Of a stretch of DNA of 64,000 nt, positions 51,074 through 61,675 are shown piece after piece. The translations under genes were made by a program, and so were the position numbers. The notes below the pieces were generated by a model. That model was not told the origin of the DNA. It saw only the letters and a program-made list of their open reading frames with translations, and did not search any database. This stretch comes from Candidatus Bathyarchaeota archaeon. Its GTDB lineage: Archaea > Thermoproteota > Bathyarchaeia > Bathyarchaeales > Bathycorpusculaceae. Numbering within the stretch: position 1 is the stretch's first letter; the number at the start of each line of letters is the position of its first letter. The DNA lies in assembly GCA_963772455.1 (NCBI GenBank), contig CAVYXJ010000007.1, positions 160,001 to 224,000 on the forward strand. Direction: 5' to 3'.

Positions 51074-52110
51074 TTTTCAATCACCGTTTCTTCAGGTACA
51101 GATATGCCAAAGTGCCTTCCTCCCTTCGCAGCTATGTGCACTAATACTTCGTCGTTTGGCTTTAATTCTGTAACTGGTTTTGATGCTTGGGGAGTGACTA
51201 GGCGGATAGTTTCAGCGTTCTGCAAAATGGTTTTAATTTTGGTGTCGTCTGCTTGGGCTTCAATGAGTATTAGGGGGCGAAACTCGATTTTGGATCTTCC
51301 CACGTTTGTCAACCTAACTTTGCCTTCTCGGTTAACAATTAAGACCTCATCTCCTGCCTTGAGCTCAGAGAGGTACCTAGTGCTCTGTGTTGATGTCAAA
51401 GTGTAATGTGAGGCAGGTCCAGCGTTAACCCTGAAAGGTCGAGATTGCACATAGGGATTCTCATTGACTTCAGCTTCAACAAGGAAAAAACCCGCTGATT
51501 GACAACCTACAAGCATGCCTTCTCCTGGAACCATCAAATCAATAGTGTCAACGCAAACTCTCGCGCCCGAACCAATGGGCTTAATTGACAAAATCTTCGC
51601 TGGCTTTATCACCATTTTTTGGACTTGTGAGTTAATGAATTTAATTGTTTTTTCCAGTTCGTTTGGGCTTCCAGTTTTAAGAAGCACACCATCAGTTCCA
51701 AGTTCAAGCGCTTCCAAAACCACCTTCGCATCTTCAGAGGTTATGACTTCAGCGATTAAGGAGCTTTTTCCTCTACCTTTCGCAATCAAGTTTTCAAGCG
51801 GAATCACTCGCCAATCGATGCAATTTATAATCACATAGTCAACGCCGAGATCTCCGGCTTTAGCGGCTTTGTTTTCATCCTCTTTGCCCTGAATAGTAAC
51901 TCTAAGGGCAGTTTTTTTTCCTTCTTTCTTTAATTGAGCAATCTTTTTCTCGTTTAAATCAGTTATGAAAACTATATCGAGTTTGCCGGTCCTATTGCTA
52001 GCTTGGTCCCCTTCAAGGATTACATCCACGTTTTCATGTGAAATGCTAAGCAAACTCTCTTTTTCTTGAACTGAAGCTTTTGGATCAATTTCTATCCAGA
52101 GTTCCTTCAA
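51070..52110 (-). CDS. 3-dehydroquinate synthase II (AroB')
   Basis: WRVIPLENLIA, RVCVDT, RPFRVNAG, QNAETIRL, GRHFG. Confidence 0.95.
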   Translation of the reverse strand: MKELWIEIDPKASVQEKESLLSISHENVDVILEGDQASNRTGKLDIVFITDLNEKKIAQLKKEGKKTALRVTIQGKEDENKAAKAGDLGVDYVIINCIDWRVIPLENLIAKGRGKSSLIAEVITSEDAKVVLEALELGTDGVLLKTGSPNELEKTIKFINSQVQKMVIKPAKILSIKPIGSGARVCVDTIDLMVPGEGMLVGCQSAGFFLVEAEVNENPYVQSRPFRVNAGPASHYTLTSTQSTRYLSELKAGDEVLIVNREGKVRLTNVGRSKIEFRPLILIEAQADDTKIKTILQNAETIRLVTPQASKPVTELKPNDEVLVHIAAKGGRHFGISVPEETVIEK

Positions 52111-52898
52111 CGCTTTTCACCCAGGAGTCTAAGCGCTTGCTCCACCGATAAGTTTTCGTGAACTATAGCTGCGAGCGCTTTGACGATTTGAGTTGGGTTT
52201 TCGCATTGAAACACATTTCGTCCTATCGAAAGTCCAGCGGCTCCAGCTTTAAGTGAATCATATGTCGTTTGGAGGATTTCTTGGTTAGTTTTGCATTTTG
52301 GTCCACCAGCGATGACCACTGGAACAGGGCAGCTTTCAACTACAGTTTTGAAGGTTTCAATGTCGCCTGTATAGTTGGTTTTGATAATGTCTGCGCCAAG
52401 TTCTGCACCGATTCTTGCTGCGTGCGCCACCACTTCGGGTGAGTGTTCGTTTTGGATTTTTGGTCCACGCGGATACATCATTGCAAGCAATGGCAGACCG
52501 AAGAGATCACATTCTTCGGAGACTTTACCGAGATTTTGAAGCATTTTGTCTTCGTCTTGGGCTCCAACGTTAACGTGTACAGAGACTGCGTCTGCGCCGA
52601 TGCGTATTGCTTCTTGAACGGAACAGACTTGTACTTTGGCGTTTAAGTTAGGACTAAGATTTGACATGCCTGACAACATAACAATTAGTCCTGCTTGTCC
52701 CGTATCGATGCGTTTAGCTATGCCTTTGTGGACGAGGATAGCGTCTGCATTTCCTTTCACTAACTTTGTGGTTATTTCCTGCATGTTGGTTATGCCTTGG
52801 ATAGGTCCGATTGTAACACCATGATCCATGGGCACGATTACTGTGCGGTTGTCTTGCTGCATGATTCTTCTTAATCTACGGGTTTTTCCATTATTCAT
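52107..52898 (-). CDS. 2-amino-3,7-dideoxy-D-threo-hept-6-ulosonate (ADH) synthase (AroA')
   Basis: PMDHG, MMYPRG, GADIIKT, AGG, GRNVFQ; adjacent to DHQ synthase II. Confidence 0.92.
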   Translation of the reverse strand: MNNGKTRRLRRIMQQDNRTVIVPMDHGVTIGPIQGITNMQEITTKLVKGNADAILVHKGIAKRIDTGQAGLIVMLSGMSNLSPNLNAKVQVCSVQEAIRIGADAVSVHVNVGAQDEDKMLQNLGKVSEECDLFGLPLLAMMYPRGPKIQNEHSPEVVAHAARIGAELGADIIKTNYTGDIETFKTVVESCPVPVVIAGGPKCKTNQEILQTTYDSLKAGAAGLSIGRNVFQCENPTQIVKALAAIVHENLSVEQALRLLGEKR

Positions 52899-52910
52899 CG
52901 TTCTTCCACC

Positions 52911-54146
52911 TTAACGTGTTTTAAGTGAGTTTTTAATTAGTTTTAATGCTTTTTCTCTCTCATTCCAATCCACAAACAGCAGAATACTTGAGGTGATGGT
53001 TAGTATTCCTGAGATGTTTATTCCGTTGACTCGCAGATCTTCGCTTATTCTGCCAATTATACCATGGGTTTCTTCCAATCCCACCCCACTGGTTTGTATA
53101 AACACCAAATCTTTTTTGACTGCCATAGCAATAGTTTCTTTGTTGCTTGTAGTTATTTTGTGAATTTGATTGAAAAGGACTTCGATATTTTTTTCTTGCG
53201 GGACATAGAGAATAATGGAATTCGTATTCATTGACATGCCTAAAAGCATCGAGTTTTCCTTTACTTTCTCAACCATTTCAGTAATGACTTGGGGGTTTGC
53301 GGAGATACCTTTTCCAATCACAGTTATTTCCGAGACTGGCGTTTGATGAGCTATTTCTGCGCCCAATTCTGAAATTAATTCACCCTTTATCAAAGTGCCT
53401 TCACTGCTTAAGTCGCCTTGCGAATTGCTTATGACTTTAACATCGATGTTTTTTGGTTTGTACTTAAGGGCTTTACTGTGGATAAACTTGGCTCCTGAAT
53501 CCGCTAGACCCACAAGTGTGTTAACGTCGATTTCTTTAAGCCTCTGAGGATTCGTAATGATTTTTGGGTCACCCGACATGATGCCATCAGCATCTGTAAC
53601 TAAAACAACTTGATCCGCACATAACGCTTCAGCTAAAATGAATGCGGTAGTATCGCTTCCACCTCTGCCTAAAGTTGTGACTTTGCCTTCTTTGGTTTTA
53701 CCAAGAAACCCTGCTATGACGGGTATAGTGCCTTGTTCAACTATTGGGAGGATGCATTCTTTGATGTTTTTTTCACATTCTTTAAGAATTGGGTTGGCGT
53801 TTTGAAATGCTGCATCTGTAATTATTGGCCAGTTACAATCGATTGGGTCGAAGTAACAGGAGTTTGCTCCATTGCTTTTTAGGGCAGCTGAAAATATTCG
53901 CACGCTGGTCCGTTCACCCATGGAGAGAATATCATCTAAATCGTGTTTCTCTAATTTCCCGTTCGAAGTATTTTTGGCTGTAGACATGAGAACATCGGTT
54001 GTTTTACCCATAGCGGAAACTACAACAGCGATCTTGATACCTTTCTTGGATTCGTTAACCACAGCAACTACTGCTTTTAGGAGTCGTTCGTGATCGGCAA
54101 GGCTAGAGCCACCGAATTTTACAACAATTCTTTTGTTATCTGCCAT
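52911..54146 (-). CDS. Aspartate kinase with ACT domains, first gene of the aro operon
   Basis: VVKFGGSSL, VVSAMG.TTD, TTLGRGGSDTTA, TDADG. Confidence 0.92.
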   Translation of the reverse strand: MADNKRIVVKFGGSSLADHERLLKAVVAVVNESKKGIKIAVVVSAMGKTTDVLMSTAKNTSNGKLEKHDLDDILSMGERTSVRIFSAALKSNGANSCYFDPIDCNWPIITDAAFQNANPILKECEKNIKECILPIVEQGTIPVIAGFLGKTKEGKVTTLGRGGSDTTAFILAEALCADQVVLVTDADGIMSGDPKIITNPQRLKEIDVNTLVGLADSGAKFIHSKALKYKPKNIDVKVISNSQGDLSSEGTLIKGELISELGAEIAHQTPVSEITVIGKGISANPQVITEMVEKVKENSMLLGMSMNTNSIILYVPQEKNIEVLFNQIHKITTSNKETIAMAVKKDLVFIQTSGVGLEETHGIIGRISEDLRVNGINISGILTITSSILLFVDWNEREKALKLIKNSLKTR

Positions 54147-54164
54147 CTAGTACACCCGTATTTC

Positions 54165-54200
54165 GCCCAGAACCGCTCAAAAAAGTTTTCAGTTCTGGGC
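54165..54200 (-). promoter_or_regulatory. Leader hairpin with internal U6 (candidate attenuator)
   Basis: GCCCAGAACTG / CGGTTCTGGGC stem (11 bp, one G-U), loop AAAACTTTTTTGAG; begins at the base after the leader stop codon. Confidence 0.7.
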
Positions 54201-54287
54201 CTAAGGAAAATGGTAATAATAAAAATAGTAGTCGAAGCTAAGGAACGGTGATAAATTAGCGCCGTTTTTACTTTTGAAATGTGACAT
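54201..54287 (-). CDS. Putative Tyr/Phe-rich leader peptide (28 aa)
   Basis: MSHFKSKNGANLSPFLSFDYYFYYYHFP; TTATATTT box near 54323-54330 upstream. Confidence 0.7.
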   Translation of the reverse strand: MSHFKSKNGANLSPFLSFDYYFYYYHFP

Positions 54288-54367
54288 TTGCTTCGAACCT
54301 GTTCAATCAGTCACATCCCAAAAAATATAAGCGTTTCGGATTCAGGCTATTGTTTAATTGTTCAATA

Positions 54368-55078
54368 CTACTCTGGCGCCTCTACTTTGATGATCTGCGG
54401 AATTTTCCCAGCAGTCCCAACTTGCCCCTTATATAATATAAGCACTCCTTCAACACCTTCAATCGACAAACCTCTTTTGATGCCCGCATTAATCCCAACC
54501 TGTCCATCATCGCCTTTCACTACATTACAAACGGCTGTAGCGGCTGCATCTGACAAAGCAGCATTTTTGCAGAAAACTATTGCTGCTTCGGCATCCCCAA
54601 AACTAAAAGCGTGACTGAATCGTCCTGAACTAGTGGCAATCCCAATTGGAAATTCAGTTAGCCTAAACCCGAAGCGTCTTGAGAGAGGTTCCTCTCCTGC
54701 CGCAACTGCTACATTAATTGGCTGGTTTGAGAATGCTGAAATTTCGCCGCCATTCTCCACAACCGCCACTTCGCAACCCACCCGTTTCATATCCTCAACG
54801 GCTAAATCTGCTAAAGCTCCTGCAACGGCCGCCATTGGTCCAACATTTGCTGTTTGGGCTGCTATCGCCATTAAATTTGCTACAAGAGGCTTTTCTGGCA
54901 AAGCAATTGGCTCAAAGGTATAAAGAAACTTTGGATTAGCCCTAACATAAAGCTCCAATTCTTGACGGTTCCGCTTGATGGATGCTATAGCCGAGTCGAT
55001 ACCTTGTTGTCTATCAGAAAGAATTGTGCATTGAGTCTCTTTTAGGGAAAAACTTTCTTTAAAAAGTTGACTTGTCAC
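54368..55078 (-). CDS. UPF0280/ApbE-like protein (COG2122)
   Basis: VGPMAAVAGA, VENGGEI, GIATSSG, SFGDA, DAAATAVCN. Confidence 0.88.
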   Translation of the reverse strand: MTSQLFKESFSLKETQCTILSDRQQGIDSAIASIKRNRQELELYVRANPKFLYTFEPIALPEKPLVANLMAIAAQTANVGPMAAVAGALADLAVEDMKRVGCEVAVVENGGEISAFSNQPINVAVAAGEEPLSRRFGFRLTEFPIGIATSSGRFSHAFSFGDAEAAIVFCKNAALSDAAATAVCNVVKGDDGQVGINAGIKRGLSIEGVEGVLILYKGQVGTAGKIPQIIKVEAPE

Positions 55079-55510
55079 CGTTTCTTTTCCCTATTAACGG
55101 AGGTACCATTGTTGTTTGGTTTAATCGATTTTATGGCGCGAGCGGGGCATGCATCAACACAAACACTACAGGTACTACCAACACATTTCTCTTTATCAAA
55201 CTGAACAGTTGAATCTTGGGCTAATGTTATTGCTTCCACTGGGCAAAGTGCAATGCAGCTGCCACAACTAAAGCATTTGTCCGAGTCAACTTCAATTAAT
55301 TTGGGAACGGTTACTGAGATACCTCTATTGCGGAAAGCATTAACAACTTTTTCGAGTATGTCGTCAGGGACTTCAGACTAGGATTTCTCCACCTTTTGAA
55401 TTTATATGTGCGGACAAAATTGCCATTGGCACTTTGTATTCAATAATTATTTGGGATGCTATGGGCTCTGATACTTGGTCTTCATTGAATCTTATTAGAA
55501 TTCTTCCCAT
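55075..55510 (-). CDS. NIL-domain plus 2x[4Fe-4S] ferredoxin protein (one +1 frameshift near 55375; absent from ORF track)
   Basis: Hand translation MGRILIRFNEDQVSEPIASQII...CFSCGSCIALCP...CVGSTCSVCVDACP. Confidence 0.85.
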
Positions 55511-55514
55511 TTAA

Positions 55515-57017
55515 TTACCGTCCTAACAATCTGGAAACGTCCTCTGAAGTAATTATACCCAAAACTTTTCGTTCAATATCAATCACGGGCAAAGCAGAGA
55601 TGTTGTTTTGAGCCATTCGTTTAGAAGCAATTTCGAGTGGTTCATCGGGTTTTGCAGTTACTACATTGTGGGATTCTATGTCTGCCAACGATTTTTTGCT
55701 TTCAGCCATGGCGCGAGTGATGTCCCATGAAGTCACTATTCCTTTTAGTTTGCCAGTTTCATCCACAACCACGATGTGGTTGACTGATTTGGTGACTATG
55801 CGTTTTGCAATGGCTTGTATTTCCTCAGCCTCAGTGCATGTTACAGCAGGATGCATTACGTTATAAACGAATGGGATTTCTTCGGTCTGCCGCATTGGTT
55901 TGAAGATTGTGTTAGTTGGCAACCTCTCTACAGGTGAAGTCAAAAGGAATTTGCCCTCATCAATCCATGATTTGAGGGTTTGGGAAACTTTCTTCGCCAT
56001 CTTTAGGCTTGAGAGCGAACTGACTCGGATTTTTTTTCCGTTGACTGTTATGGAGCCAGATTTGAGTTCTTTGTAGCTGACTTGCCCGAACTTGGGGCGG
56101 TCACGTCGTGGGACACTGTAATCCACTATGTCAGTTAGAATGTCTTTATCTTGAATCGCCGTTTTCTTCGCTAAACCCTCATTTAATATAGGGATCGGAA
56201 CACCTAAACCAACATATAGGGATGTCCCATATCCCGTGAAGGCCGCGCCTTGAAGAAATTCTGGCGACATTTTTTTTGCATCACCCTTTACCATGAGTGT
56301 TCCATTTAGGTTCTTGGGGCTATGCTGCGTTCCCTCCCCGATAATGTATCCTTGAGCTCCCCCAAGAAATATGCGGGTTCCCATTCCCATGGTCTCGTAG
56401 TCTGGATCGTTCATGAGGGGGTTAAGTTCTCCAGCGCCCGAGAATGTTGCATTACGGAAACGGGGCAATAGTTTGCTCATATATGTGTAGATTATTTCGT
56501 CGCTGCTATTGACGGCGCAGTTGTATCGTTGGTAGCAATTGCGGAAATTTAGCAGGTAAAATTGGTTTAAATCATCTTTAGTTAAAGTTGTTTTAACTGA
56601 AGTTCTGGGGTAACAATCTGTGCCATATGCTGTGGCTCTAAGTTCTACTTCATTTCCAGCCACTAAGTCTTGAATAACATGTCCTCCGCCATACTCAAAG
56701 GGCAACTTCTCAGACATGTTCGTGGCACCAATAAACAGGTCTACTGCAGCCCCCGGATGGCATACTTCTACGTTGTTAATCCACGCCTTTTCAATCTTAA
56801 TCGGCGGATCTGAGTGCCCAAGGTTTACAACTGCACCAGATGAACACATAGCCCCAAAAGTTCCTGTGGTAACTACATCTACTTCTTTGAAGGCAACTTC
56901 AACACCGCTGCTCTCAACTAGCTTCTTCATTTCCTCTGCAGTCAAAACTTGAGCGTCGCCCTTGCAGATTTTCTGGTTAATCTCATCTATTGTCCGAGTC
57001 TTAGCTTGGTTAGACAA
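55515..57017 (-). CDS. DUF39-CBS homocysteine biosynthesis protein (aspartate-semialdehyde sulfurtransferase, MA1821-like)
   Basis: VDVVTTGTFGAMCSSG, GTDCYPR, GEGTQH plus a C-terminal CBS pair. Confidence 0.9.
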   Translation of the reverse strand: MSNQAKTRTIDEINQKICKGDAQVLTAEEMKKLVESSGVEVAFKEVDVVTTGTFGAMCSSGAVVNLGHSDPPIKIEKAWINNVEVCHPGAAVDLFIGATNMSEKLPFEYGGGHVIQDLVAGNEVELRATAYGTDCYPRTSVKTTLTKDDLNQFYLLNFRNCYQRYNCAVNSSDEIIYTYMSKLLPRFRNATFSGAGELNPLMNDPDYETMGMGTRIFLGGAQGYIIGEGTQHSPKNLNGTLMVKGDAKKMSPEFLQGAAFTGYGTSLYVGLGVPIPILNEGLAKKTAIQDKDILTDIVDYSVPRRDRPKFGQVSYKELKSGSITVNGKKIRVSSLSSLKMAKKVSQTLKSWIDEGKFLLTSPVERLPTNTIFKPMRQTEEIPFVYNVMHPAVTCTEAEEIQAIAKRIVTKSVNHIVVVDETGKLKGIVTSWDITRAMAESKKSLADIESHNVVTAKPDEPLEIASKRMAQNNISALPVIDIERKVLGIITSEDVSRLLGR

Positions 57018-57232
57018 AGTAGATTACCTTAATGCTCAATCGAAAAGGCTGGGCAAGAATATAATATTTGCGCAAAAAATAGCTTTGTGTCCCAAATATT
57101 TGGGAAGCCTCAAACACCCAATAAATATTTGTAATTAATGAAATGGTCAAACATTGTAAAACGATGCATGATGTAGGTTATTACTTGAGTTTTAGTGCTT
57201 TGGATAAGAGGAGGTCGAAGAAAGCTGCAGAT

Positions 57233-60200
57233 TTACCACTGCTTCCAAGGTAAGGCGTCCATATACTCGTTTAATGAGCGAATGGAATTGCCGTTTTGTC
57301 CTTTCTGCTTTAGCACTTCAACTAATGCAGCTGCGAGTTGCAGGTTAGTAATGACCGGGATGTTGAATTCTACTGCTTGGCGCCGTATGATGTAGCCGTC
57401 GGTTAGAATGTCGGAGATGCTTGAGCGTCGGTTAGCCATCGGCACATTTATTACTAGGTCGATTTTGCGTTCTTGCAAATAATCCATTATATTAGGGCTA
57501 ACTTGAGCGTCCTTGACCTTGTACAGTACAGTGGCACTTACTTCGTGGGCATTGAGTACGTCGGCTGTGTGTTGAGTCGCGTAGATTTTAAATCCCATTT
57601 CAGCAAGTGCTTTGGCAATCGGCACAACCCGCGCCTTTCTTGCTTCATCGCCGCCGACGCTGATGAACACTTTGCCGTCTTTGGGAGGAATCGTGAATTC
57701 GGCAGCCTGCAACGCCTTAGAGAATGCATCTGAAAAGTTTTCGCCAAGGCACGCTACTTCTCCAGTGCTAAGCATTTCTACGCCCAAAACTGGGTCAGCA
57801 CCGCTTAAACGCATGAAGCTAAACTGCGGAACCTTCACACCGACATGAGGTGCAACGGTCATTGGGGAGAGTTTGACTCCGTCGATTTTTTTGCCTAGCA
57901 TCGCCAAAGTCGCCAACTCAATCATGTTTATGCCCCGAGTCTTACTAACAAAAGGCATGGAACGTGAGGCTCTTAGGTTACATTCGATGACGTTAACTAC
58001 ATCGTCTTTGACGAGGTATTGTATGTTGTATGGTCCGTGAATTTGCAGCGCCTTAACTATGCTTTGGGTGCATTCTTCAATTTTCTTTTGAACCTCAATC
58101 TTTAGTGATTGAGGAGGAATTGTCATTGTTGCATCGCCGCTGTGGACGCCAGCGTTCTCAACATGCTCCATTATAGCACCGATGAAAACGTTTTCGCCGT
58201 CAGAGACACCGTCTACTTCGACTTCTTTGGCTTGAGTTATGAATTTACTGATAACTACTGGGTGATCGCGTGAAACTTTGGCAGCTAAGTTCAAAAAGTT
58301 TTCAAGCGCTACCTCGTTATAGGCAACACGCATGGCAGAACCCGACAGCACATAACTGGGTCTAACAAGAACGGGGTAACCGATTTTTTGGGCGAAACAT
58401 TTTGCATCATCAATCGATAAAAGTTTGCTCCAACTAGGTTGGCAAATACCAAGTTGGTCTAGGAGAGCACTAAATTTTGATCGGTCTTCAGCTAAATCCA
58501 CGTTCTCCGCTGAAGTGCCCAAAAGTTTTACTCCAGCCTTTGAGAGCGGCATAGCTAAATTATTGGGGATTTGTCCACCAACGCTGGTTATTACACCCAA
58601 CGGGTTTTCTTTCTCGTAAATATCCAAAATCCGTTCGATGGATAATTCTTCAAAATATAGTTTGTCCGAGACATCGTAGTCTGTGGAGACGGTTTCAGGG
58701 TTGTAGTTAACCATGATAGCTTCTTTTATGCCGTTCTTTTTTAGCGCCCAAATCGTGTTGACGCCGCACCAATCGAATTCCACACTTGACCCAATTCGGA
58801 AAACGCCTGCGCCAAGAACAATAACTTTGCTTGGGCTACTGGATAATTCTATGTCGTCCTCGTCTCCGCCATAGGTTAGATAGAGATAGTTGGTTTTTGC
58901 AGGCCACTCGGCTGCCAACGTGTCAATTTGTTTGATAACTGGAAGAATATTTGCATCTTTTCTAAATGCCCTAATCGTGAATTCATCGGTTTTTTGGCAT
59001 TGAGCGATTTGTTCATCTGAGAAACCGATGCGTTTAGCTTCACGAATTATTTCTGGGGCAGAGGTTTCTGCAAGGTTTAGGATACGAAGTTGCGTTTCCA
59101 TGTCTATTATATTTTGGATTTTGTGAAGGAAGAAAGGGTCTACACCGCTTAAACGATAGATTTCCTCGAACGGATATGCCCATCTTTAGGGCTTTAACAA
59201 GTTTGTAGAGGCGTTCGTCGGTTGGGTTGGCGATTTCGTCTCGTATGCGTTCTTCAGATTCGATTTCTGCGTCCTCTTCAGTATTGCAGACTAAACCAAT
59301 CTTTCCTGTATCTAACATACGTACGGCTTTTTGAAGTGCCTCTTCAAAACACCGTCCAATAGCCATAACTTCACCAACAGAACGCATCTGTGGACCGACA
59401 TGCCGATCAGCATTCTTGAATTTCTGAAGGTCCCACCTTGGGATCTTAACGGTTATGTAGTCAAGGGCTGGTTCAAAGCAAGCAGTGGTGACTTCGGTGA
59501 CTTTATTGATTAGTTCAGGTAGAGTATAGCCCAATGTGAGTTTAGTCGCTATGTAAGCTAGGGGATAGCCAGTAACTTTGCTAGCTAAGGCGGAACTACG
59601 GGACATACGTGAGTTAACTTCTATAACTCTGCATTCCTCGGATTGGGTGTTGAGAGCCCATTGAATGTTGCATTCGCCAACTATGCCCAAATGGCGGATT
59701 GCGTTTATTGAAATTGAGCGAATAAGGTGGTACTCGCGGTTTGACATGGTTTGCGATGGAGCAACTACAATTGAATCTCCAGTATGAACGCCCATGGGGT
59801 CAAAGTTTTCCATGTTGCAGACCGTTAAGCAGTTGTCTGCGTAGTCACGCATAACTTCGTATTCGACTTCTTTCCAGTGCCCTACGTATTCTTCAATTAG
59901 GATTTGACCAATTCGGCTTTGAGCTATTCCGCGGGTAGCGATTTCTTTTAATTCTGGAATGTTGTGGGCGACACCTGAACCTTTTCCACCCAAAGTGTAA
60001 GCTACTCGAACGATAACAGGATAACCGATTTCGTCAGCAACTTCCAAAGCGTACTTGACGCTTGTCGCCGATTTACTTTTTAGAGGTGGAACGCCAGCTT
60101 CAAGCATCGCTTGGCGAAAACGTTCACGGTCACCTGTGTCTTCGATAGCTTTTACGGGTGTACCTAAAACTTTAACATTATATTTTTGGAGGATACCTGT

Positions 60201-60503
60201 TTTTTCCAATTCTAAACCGCAGTTTAGAGCTGTTTGTCCGCCGAAACCAAGCAGAATGCCGTCTGGACGTTCTTTCTCAATAACTTTCTCTACGAACTCT
60301 GGGGTAACCGGGAGAAGGTAAACTTTACCTGAGAGCCTTGGGTCTGTCTGAATAGTTGCAATGTTAGGGTTAATTAAAACAGTTTCAATGCCTTCTTCTT
60401 GCAGAGCTTTGAGACATTGACTACCAGAATAATCGAATTCGGCTGCTTCTCCAATTTTAATGGCACCGCTACCAAGAACCATAACCTTCTTTAATCCAAT
60501 CAA
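57233..60503 (-). CDS. carB: Carbamoyl-phosphate synthase large subunit (one +1 frameshift near 59169)
   Basis: GEAAEFDYSG, HTGDS, EFDWC, RPSYVLSG, HSGDA, MGS domain. Confidence 0.95.
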
Positions 60504-60515
60504 ACTTTGGCATCC

Positions 60516-61662
60516 TTACTTGACCTCCAAGGTTTTAGCGAATTTATCAAAGAGCAGCTCAGTATCGTATGGTCCAGGCGAAGCTTCAGGATGCCATTGG
60601 ACAGCGAAAACTGGTTTATTTTTGTGTTTAACACCTTCGGTAGTTTTATCGTTGGGATTAATGAACCAAGGTTCCAAAGGTGTTTTCTTTAATGATTCTA
60701 AGTCAATAGCGTAGCCGTGGTTTTGAGTTGTGATGTAGCAGCGATTACTGTTTAAATCAAACGCAGGTTGATTTTGGGCGCGATGACCAAACTTAAGTTT
60801 GTAAGTATCTCCTCCCATTGCCAATGCCAATATTTGCGCCCCAAGACAGATACCCATGAGCGGGACTTTCTCAGATAATTCTCGAATAGCTTCAATTGTT
60901 TTTGTGCATTTCTTAGGGTCACCTGGACCATTACTTAAGAAAACTCCGTCTGGGTTGTAATTCATGATTTCGCTGGCTGAAGTATCATAAGGCACGCGCA
61001 CAACATCAATTCCCCGTTTAAGCAGATTTCGGATAATACTGTATTTGACCCCGCAGTCAATTAGCACAACAGTTTTTTTGCCATCAACGCTATACTTAAT
61101 AGGTTTTTTAACTGACACCTCATTAACCAAATCGGTTAAGTTTGGGTTAGCAATGTTTTTTCCATTCTTTAGGATTGAATCCAAATTGGGTTCTTCGCAT
61201 GCTTCAAAAACTTGCAATATACCCAACATAACACCGTAAGTTCGAAGTTTCTTTGTTAAGCGTCTTGTATCAACTCCATAGATTCCAGGGACACCTTCGT
61301 CCGCCAACCATTTATCAAGAGTTCTTGTGGAAGCCCAATGGAACGGCTCATGACATAATTCATGAATAATCAAACCTTGTACTTGGATATGGTCAGATTC
61401 GAAATAAAGTGGCATTCCGAGGTTTATTTCATTGGACGGAACACCATAGTTTCCTACCATTGGATAAGTGAAAGTGAGAACTTGCCCCTTATAGGACGGG
61501 TCAGTCAATGCTTCTGGATACCCAACCATTTGAGTTGAAAAAACAACTTCGCCAGAAATTTTTCCTGTGGCACCAAAACCTTTACCGATAAATGACGTTC
61601 CGTCTTCAAGAAGAAGTATCGCTTTTTTATTTTTGTTAGACGTGTCTAAATTGTGGGACCAA
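60516..61662 (-). CDS. carA: Carbamoyl-phosphate synthase small subunit; 5' end extends beyond the track ORF, start inferred with one +1 correction
   Basis: AILLLEDG..F.G.GFG upstream of the track ORF; LTDPSY, SNGPGDP, GICLG, QNHG, HPEASPGP. Confidence 0.93.
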
Positions 61663-61675
61663 AACCCTATTCAAC

